Below, in pieces: positions 56,812-64,000 of a stretch of 64,000 nucleotides of DNA (position 1 is its first letter; each line of letters starts with the position of its first letter). The position numbers were made by a program, and so were the translations under genes. Below the pieces are notes generated by a model. That model was not told the DNA's origin. It worked only from the letters and a program-made list of their open reading frames with translations, and did no database searches. This DNA is from Eledone cirrhosa (lineage: Eukaryota), in assembly GCA_964016885.1 (NCBI GenBank), contig OZ024745.1, positions 132,928,001-132,992,000 of the forward strand, written 5' to 3'.

Positions 56812-57696
56812 AAGTAAGTCCTTCATCAGTGGCCTTCCAACCGTCCTAGGCATTTCATCGCTTTAAAGGCCATATACCTCAGGTTGGTGCGAACAACGGC
56901 TAAAAAAATTCGTTGGGACACGTAAATAAAGGGGACGCTAGGGTGAACAAACAAAATGGTTTAAGCAACAGAAAGTGAGAAGAAAGAGACAAGTCCCAGA
57001 TTTCTATGAATATAAACTCGGTGAAATCGTGAACGAGAGAATAAAGACCATCAAACCTGGTTGAAATGTGAGCAAGGAAGGAATTTCGCACAGGTCTAAC
57101 GGGGGGGGGGAAGAAGAAGGGGTCTGGTCTGCGAATTCAGTAAACATAAGTTCTGTGAAGTCGCAGACGAGAGAGAGAGAGAGAGAGAGAGAAAAAATTC
57201 ATACCGGCTTGCCCAAGAGCGCGCGAGAAAAGAATTCGGACAGGTCAAACGGGAAGAAAGAGGAGGAGGAGAGGTAGTGACAGAGAATGAGTGAGTGAAA
57301 GTTGAGGAAGAGGCTAACAGAGAGAGAGAGACTGCTAGAAAGGGTAAAGATACAAAGAACGAAACAGACGGGTGGCAGCAGAGGAAAAAATATATGTGTA
57401 AATATGATAATAATGGAGCTGCGGCGTTGCAAATGGGTTACATATGAAAAAGTAAGTCCTTCATCAGTGGCCTTCCAACCATCCTAGGCATTTCATCGCT
57501 TTAAAGGCCATATACCTCAGGTTGGTGCGAACAACGGCTAAAAAAATTCGTTGGGACACGTAAATAAAGGGGACGCTAGGGTGAACAAACAAAATGGTTT
57601 AAGCAACAGAAAGTGAGAAGAAAGAGACAAGTCCCAGATTTCTATGAATATAAACTCGGTGAAATCGTGAACGAGAGAATAAAGACCATCAAACCT
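56804..57696 (-). mobile_element. Partial-tandem (pseudo-LTR) non-coding PLE-like insertion in (TA)n
   Basis: 255-bp direct repeats 56804-57058 and 57442-57696 (period 638, one mismatch seen); each ends on minus just after ggcca-CTGATGA-aggac; (TA)n on both sides. Confidence 0.75.
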
Positions 57697-58130
57697 ATAT
57701 ATATTACCTACATAGGTATGTGCGTGAGTTTATCAGAGGCAAAGGTTTGAGATGACTGCCCATATACGCCTGTTTAGCTCCAAGAGACTGCCATGATATA
57801 TTGATACCACCATGCAAATTCCTTGATACGGTCAGCCGAAACAAAAAGAGAAAAAATAAGAAAAGCATATATAGCACTGAGTAGAAGCCGATAAATATAT
57901 ATTCTGGAGATATCTTTGTCATACTAACGGTGTAAGAGACACTCAGGAGTATCTATGCCACCACTCACATATTTCTATATCTTTCTCTATTTCGTCCTTC
58001 TTTTCAGTCCTTGTCTCTCGCATTGAATATGTATATACCTACATGCATAGATACATTCATACAGGCAGCATCCATCAATCCATTTCTCCACACACATACG
58101 CTCGCACGCATATACATATAAATATATATG

Positions 58131-58206
<76 letters not shown>

Positions 58207-58280
58207 AACATATATATATATAGTAATAATAGTAATGTATATATATATATATGTGTGTGTGTATATATATATGTATATAT

Positions 58281-58435
58281 AACGAAGGAAATGTGGTAAG
58301 GAACCAGGAGGACCATAACGCACCAAAGCACTCAATACTTAGGGTAGTAGAGTCGGTAATAGGAACGAGTAGGACCCCGACGGCTGAGCTCAAGCCGTTT
58401 CGACGGCTAATTCTAGACTCAGTCCAGAATTAGCC
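58281..58435 (-). mobile_element. PLE family B copy beginning with the complete stem II hairpin
   Basis: Minus: ggctaattctggactgagtctagaattagcc-gtc-GAAA-CGGC..GCCG-TC^gggg. Confidence 0.85.
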
Positions 58436-58586
58436 CTCTTTGGATTTTAGTCTTCGCATGTATTATTATTACTATATATACATATGTTTATATATATATA
58501 TATATACATTAAATATCCCTTTTGCTTATATATATATATATATATATATATAATGTATATATATATATAAGCAAAAGGGATATTTA

Positions 58587-58640
<54 letters not shown>

Positions 58641-58694
58641 ATATGTATATATAGTAATAATAATACATGCGAAGACTAAAATCCAAAGAGGGCT
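58432..58694. repeat. Palindrome with (TA)n-containing arms
   Basis: agccctctttggattttagtcttcgcatg..tacattaaatatcccttttgctt mirrored; the arm motif recurs at about 40970-41015. Confidence 0.9.
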
Positions 58695-58741
58695 CGAAAA
58701 GCATAAATAAATATATATCAAATATATAAGAACACTAGAAC

Positions 58742-58894
58742 AAATATTTATTAAAATAACAGAATAAAGTTTAAGCAAGGAATCACTGCTTTCACTCTTA
58801 ACGGGATCTTCTGAAACTGTTTCCGAAGATTCCGTTAAGAGTGAAAGCAGCAATTCTTTGCTTAAACTTTAATCTGTTATTTTAATAAATATTT
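58742..58894. repeat. Palindrome with outward GAAA-stemIII halves
   Basis: Axis t58818 (gaaac-t-gtttc); GAAA-GCA-gcaattctt-TGC-TT at 58843-58863. Confidence 0.85.
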
Positions 58895-59185
58895 AATCTG
58901 TTCCCAACGAATATCACACATACCACGCCTACATACACTCAACAACGCATGTCCACACACGTATCATCAGCGCCAATATATACATGTTTGGTAGTGCATC
59001 TGGGTTTGCATGTGTATGTGAGTGAATGTGCGTGTATGTGTGTGTCTGTGTGTGTGTATGTATGTGTGTGTCTGTGTGTGTGTATATATGTGTGCCTGTG
59101 TGTGAGTGTATGTGTATGTGTGTGTCTCTGTGTGTGTCTCTGTGAGTCTGTGTGTCTGTGTGTGTGTGTGCCTCTGTGTGTCTTT

Positions 59186-59229
<44 letters not shown>

Positions 59230-59861
59230 TTGCACAATTTGCCTTCCGTGTTACCTCTTCACTCGAGACCTCATACTAATCTATTCCATACAATAGGTAG
59301 AATTCCCATTCCTAGGTAAAATTGGGATCCATTCTCTTTAGAAATGTAAAAGAAGTTAAACATTGCTCACGTCATCAATTGCTATACTCACATTTTTCTC
59401 ACCGCACTTAACCTTTTCAATTTGCTCACAATGCAATTTAAAGAAGATTCACATCACACATTAATAACCAGCGTCTGCATGGGTTGTTGCAGACTTGTTA
59501 CAACACACGTACACGTAATAATAGAATACAAATCGAACACACATACACACTACGTCTATAATACACTTACATGCAAAAAATTCACTCATTTAAAACAGTT
59601 AGCTCAGTCCTACATCTACACTTGTACACTCGTTATCTAAATGTCTCTGAAATACTACAATTATTCTTTTTGCATTCCCTTTTTATCCCAGTTCTTTTTG
59701 TTTCCTATTCTTTTAAATGCATATTCATGCACACAAACATTGAAACACGCAAACACAAAGGCACACACCGACAAATATACACACATACAAATACACAGAC
59801 ACACACATGCACACATACACACACGCACACACACGCACTCATACGCACATATAGAGAGAGG

Positions 59862-59947
59862 TGTGTAAAGTCCGGATCGTGCGCCAAGCGATTTCGTTTT
59901 GCATCACAAGAGGAAACTGCTTGGCGCTGCGGTCTTGATTTTATACA
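59862..59947. repeat. Short MITE-like palindrome of hammerhead halves (family D)
   Basis: GAAA-CTGC-ttggcgct-GCGG-TC^ at 59913-59934, mirrored on the left arm. Confidence 0.8.
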
Positions 59948-60155
59948 TTTCTATACCGTCTCTCAGCACTGCGGACACCCTCACTCTCTCCCTCTCTCTC
60001 GCCCTCTCTCTATCTATCTATCTACCAATCTATATATACACACACACACATATATATATATCCAAAAACAGCATGACATATTTGACTAAAATTTAATCTT
60101 TGACAGTTTAACCCCCAACCCCCCTACACACACACACATTCCTAGCTTATATATA

Positions 60156-60243
60156 TAAATCCCGACCGCGGCGCCAAGCGATTTCGGCTTGTGTGTAGCT
60201 GAACACGCAAGCGGAAACCACGTGGCGCTGCGGTTGGGATTTA
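60156..60243. repeat. Second family D palindrome
   Basis: Central hairpin gcttgtgtgt/acacgcaagc; minus arm GAAA-TCGC-ttggcgcc-GCGG-TC^ggga. Confidence 0.85.
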
Positions 60244-60251
60244 CACATATT

Positions 60252-60292
<41 letters not shown>

Positions 60293-60333
60293 CTATCTCT
60301 ATCTATCTACCTATCTATATATCAATCTATCTA

Positions 60334-60367
<34 letters not shown>

Positions 60368-60380
60368 AAGAGATATTTAA

Positions 60381-60434
60381 TTTATCTGATGAGAGCGTAT
60401 CAAAATTTGGTACCCTTGAAATATACATCATAAA
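60381..60434 (+). ncRNA. Complete minimal type I hammerhead ribozyme (family A)
   Basis: tttat-CTGATGA-gagcgtatcaaa/a/tttggtaccctt-GAAA-TATACA-TC^ataaa. Confidence 0.85.
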
Positions 60435-60483
60435 ATAAATATGGTTTTATAAATATAGTTTGCATTTATTAATATCATTGATA

Positions 60484-60620
60484 TTTCTAGAAATAGCCGT
60501 CGAAATGGCTTCAGCTCTGCCGTCGGGGTCATACTTTTTCCTATTACCCACTCTACTACCCTAAGTATTGAGTACTCTGGTGTGTTATGGTCCATCTTGT
60601 TCCTTACCACAACTCCTTCG
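60484..60620 (+). mobile_element. PLE family B copy starting at the stem II loop, fused to the family A tail
   Basis: ttctagaaatagccgtc-GAAA-TGGC-ttcagctct-GCCG-TC^ggggtcatac... Confidence 0.85.
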
Positions 60621-60785
60621 TTTTATGTATATATATAATGTATATGAAATAAAATAACAAGGACGATTGATTACTACTTCATTACGTTTATTGTTTGGTG
60701 ACGCACGTTTTGCCACTGATCGGCTCGAGGTTCGATAGAGTGATTACCCGGGCGAACCTACAGTAACCCCAAGTTTCACTCCTGG

Positions 60786-60897
<112 letters not shown>

Positions 60898-61203
60898 TTC
60901 CAATCACTATGACAACATTTATCTTGAACTAGCAACTCCCATTTGTAACTATATATGAATTAATTTCATCAGCAGTAATAACAAAAGTTCCATCCATAGG
61001 CGCAATAACTTTATCATGGGACGAATAAATTCATTATCCCTGATTAAATATACATTATTTAAAAAAATATATCACCCCAACCGAAAGAATAAAATATGCC
61101 CTTACCTGCTGCAAACTAGTGAGCACCTTGCTTACCCGATATGCTAATTCTGCCTGAATACATCAAGTTACGTTTCAGTTCTTTAATCGCCTGAACCAAA
61201 TAA

Positions 61204-61582
61204 GCGGTGGTTTGGCAGTAGATCGGTAGAGCGGCAGACACCATGCTTTGAGCATAGTTATGGCCCTTTGCGTTCTGAGTTCAAATCCGCCGAGGGTAAC
61301 TTTGCCTTTCATCCTTACGAGTTCGATAAAATATAGTACCAGTGATGCACTGAGGTAAAACGTTGGCCTTGTGCCAAAAGTAGAAACTCAGGGCGGTGGA
61401 TTGGCAGTATCGTTTGAAGGTCGGACGCCATGCTTTGCAGCATGGAGTTACGAGCCTTTACAATCTGTTTTCAAATCCGCAGAGGTTAACTTTGCCTTTC
61501 ATCCTTACGGGGTCGATAAAATAAAGTACCAGTAATACACTGGAATAATTGCTGGCCTTCTTCCAAATGTAGAAACCATTAT
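61204..61582 (+). mobile_element. Head-to-tail SINE S1 dimer
   Basis: Copies 61204-61387 and 61391-61582 separated by 3 bp. Confidence 0.92.
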
Positions 61583-61831
61583 AAAAATCTTCCACAAATT
61601 CTCGAATTTATAAACATTCCTCTTTATAAACATTGTTAAACTTTAGCACCGAATAGCATTTATCTTCTGAGGAGCTGTGAAATATTCTCCAACACTGTGA
61701 TATGTGATGTACATTATATAACCTCATTCTAGACGGTTGCAGGACATTAAGATATTATAGCATACCAACTGTAAATGGGTAGTAATATAGAACGTAAAAT
61801 AACACAGCAAATCTCTATCATACATCCACCA

Positions 61832-61964
61832 TTTATTTTATCGACTCCGTAAGGATGAAAGGCAAAGTTAACCTTGGCGGGATTTGAACTCAGATCATAA
61901 AGGGCCGTAACTCTATGCGTCAAAGCATGGCGTCCGACCCTCTACGGATACTGCCAATCCACCG
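61832..61964 (-). mobile_element. SINE S1, 3'-truncated
   Basis: Reverse complement of the S1 head and core. Confidence 0.9.
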
Positions 61965-63009
61965 ACGTAGAATTGTAGAACATTCTGAACGAATTAATTG
62001 AAACACACTATATTCGACAAAATGTCGTTCGACTAAGTCACGTAAAACTTTTCAGGCTGTCTCTCATCTTCTATATAGAGAAATATAAATAATTCTTATT
62101 GATTTTGTAAATATCGTGACATAGAAAGTGTTTACGTTCAGTCATTTTCAACCAATCTCCCATAATTCCCGGATCAGCAATTATACCGTTTCACTATTCT
62201 ATTTCAATCAATTTCCTCATATTTTATCTTTGCAAACTTTAGTTACTTTTCTATACTTAACGCAAATTTTTCTGGTTTAAATGCCATTTCAGCTGCTTTC
62301 TATGACTTCTAAACCACACAATATATCTCCATGGAACTCAGGTTATAAGACGTGTCGAAGTATACATGGATTTTTCTATGCCTTTCCAGATGATTATATG
62401 TGGTAAGACATGCTTCAGTCTGTATTTGATATTTTGAATGTGCGTTTATATAAATCTGTATTATCTTGTATATCGTAGTATTTTCGCTACGCAGTCATAA
62501 GTTGAACAATTATGCGTGTATATTCTCATATATCTGTAGATAAAAAGCAACCTACATATGCGAGGTTTCTCCAGCTAGGTGAATGAAATGTCAATGTATA
62601 TATGTTTATGTGAGTAAATCAGCATGTCGGTGTGGATGAATGAACAAAGAATATACCTGGAGTACAATGATGAGTGTTGCCATGAATTGCAATTATACAG
62701 CAGTCATGCATGTTCTTTGAAACCTCAGCGTTTTTATTAACAGACGACATGATAATAAAAGACAGAACGATTCTTTGTGGAAATGTGGATGCGCAGATTT
62801 GCTTCACATTGTTGATGATGTAGTTCTCGCTTGTTTGATTGAGAACTTTTATGTTCTCAATACATGTTCAACGGCAACGACAAAACCTAACAATAAATGC
62901 GTGAATTCCTGATGAGAAAGAGTAGATGAGTAAAATGAATTTATGTGAATAGGTTTGCACGCATACACACACACGCACGCACACACACACGCGCACACCC
63001 ACACCCACC

Positions 63010-63082
<73 letters not shown>

Positions 63083-63170
63083 GGAAAGAGAGGCAGAGAT
63101 AGTTAGATAAATAGATAAATACCCATTTATGAGTATGTATATATATATATATACATATATATGCATATAC

Positions 63171-63235
<65 letters not shown>

Positions 63236-63261
63236 TATTTAAATATTTATATATATGTCTG

Positions 63262-63319
<58 letters not shown>

Positions 63320-64000
63320 TGTATGTGTGCGCGTATATATGAGGAAATATGTGTATTCCTGTGTGTTTATGAGTGTTAAAATTCTATACAGCAACATGTA
63401 GTCTTTCCAAGCTCTGTACAGCCAGCTGGTGTACAAAGAGAACTGATCATACAATAGTTAAAACTGCAGACACAGCTATTTTCTCTTTAACGTATGAAAT
63501 AGTGTATATCTCAGTGTTAAGATTCATATAATTTTAGACTAACGTATATCTTTAATTATCAAAAACATGTGTTCATGCATGTTTACTATGTATATAGGGA
63601 CTATTATATAGGGACTATTTTGTTTAAAGCAATCGTATGACATATGTGAAGTATGTAGATATAATCATGTCTTCCCTAACGGACGTATAATCGACAGTCC
63701 AAGTAAGAAATATATAGAGATGTTAGCGTTCCATGATGGAAATGGTTATGGAGGAATAGAATGAAATAAAATCGATGCCATTACCTAGTCAGGTTAACAA
63801 TTCTTTTAGATTATCATATATAAATGTATTATACATTTTATGACATGTTAAAGCTGCAACCACACTGCATTCAAAATGAATATATTTATATTTAATCATA
63901 TTATAAGAAATATTGACATTCAACATTTTCAGCGCATATATCCCTTAGCAAAAACTTTAATGCATGTCAAAAGCAGGGTCAACATTGTATTACTTTCAGT

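Noticed and set aside
59422-59640. Cys-rich ORF resembling a PLE linker or GIY-YIG start
   Set aside because: Motif spacing is only vaguely similar and there is no GIY/YIG

Overview
AT-rich eukaryotic, repeat-dominated DNA with very abundant (TA)n/(CA)n/(GA)n microsatellites. The SINE and LINE content suggests a cephalopod (Octopus-like) intron or intergenic region; that assignment is inference. No intact protein-coding gene is supported, and almost all listed ORFs are microsatellite artefacts. Recognisable content: about 17 copies of one tRNA-derived SINE; 4 copies of a CORE-type SINE; decayed LINEs (three R4/Dong-type with RLE endonuclease tied to (TAA)n, several RTE, two L1/Tx1); one internally deleted mariner; and many Penelope-like element (PLE) fragments embedded in (TA)n. 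The most striking signal is ribozyme-related. Several minimal type I hammerhead ribozymes can be folded by eye, the best at 40835-40905, 60381-60434, 28993-29047 and 3010-3116 (minus). At least seven DNA palindromes from about six unrelated sequence families share one design: the symmetry axis lies in the hammerhead stem II region, and both arms carry outward-facing GAAA-stemIII-UH half-ribozymes without the CUGANGA half. This points to fold-back self-priming of PLE cDNA on the ribozyme hairpin. All folding and alignment was done by eye, so repeat boundaries are approximate.
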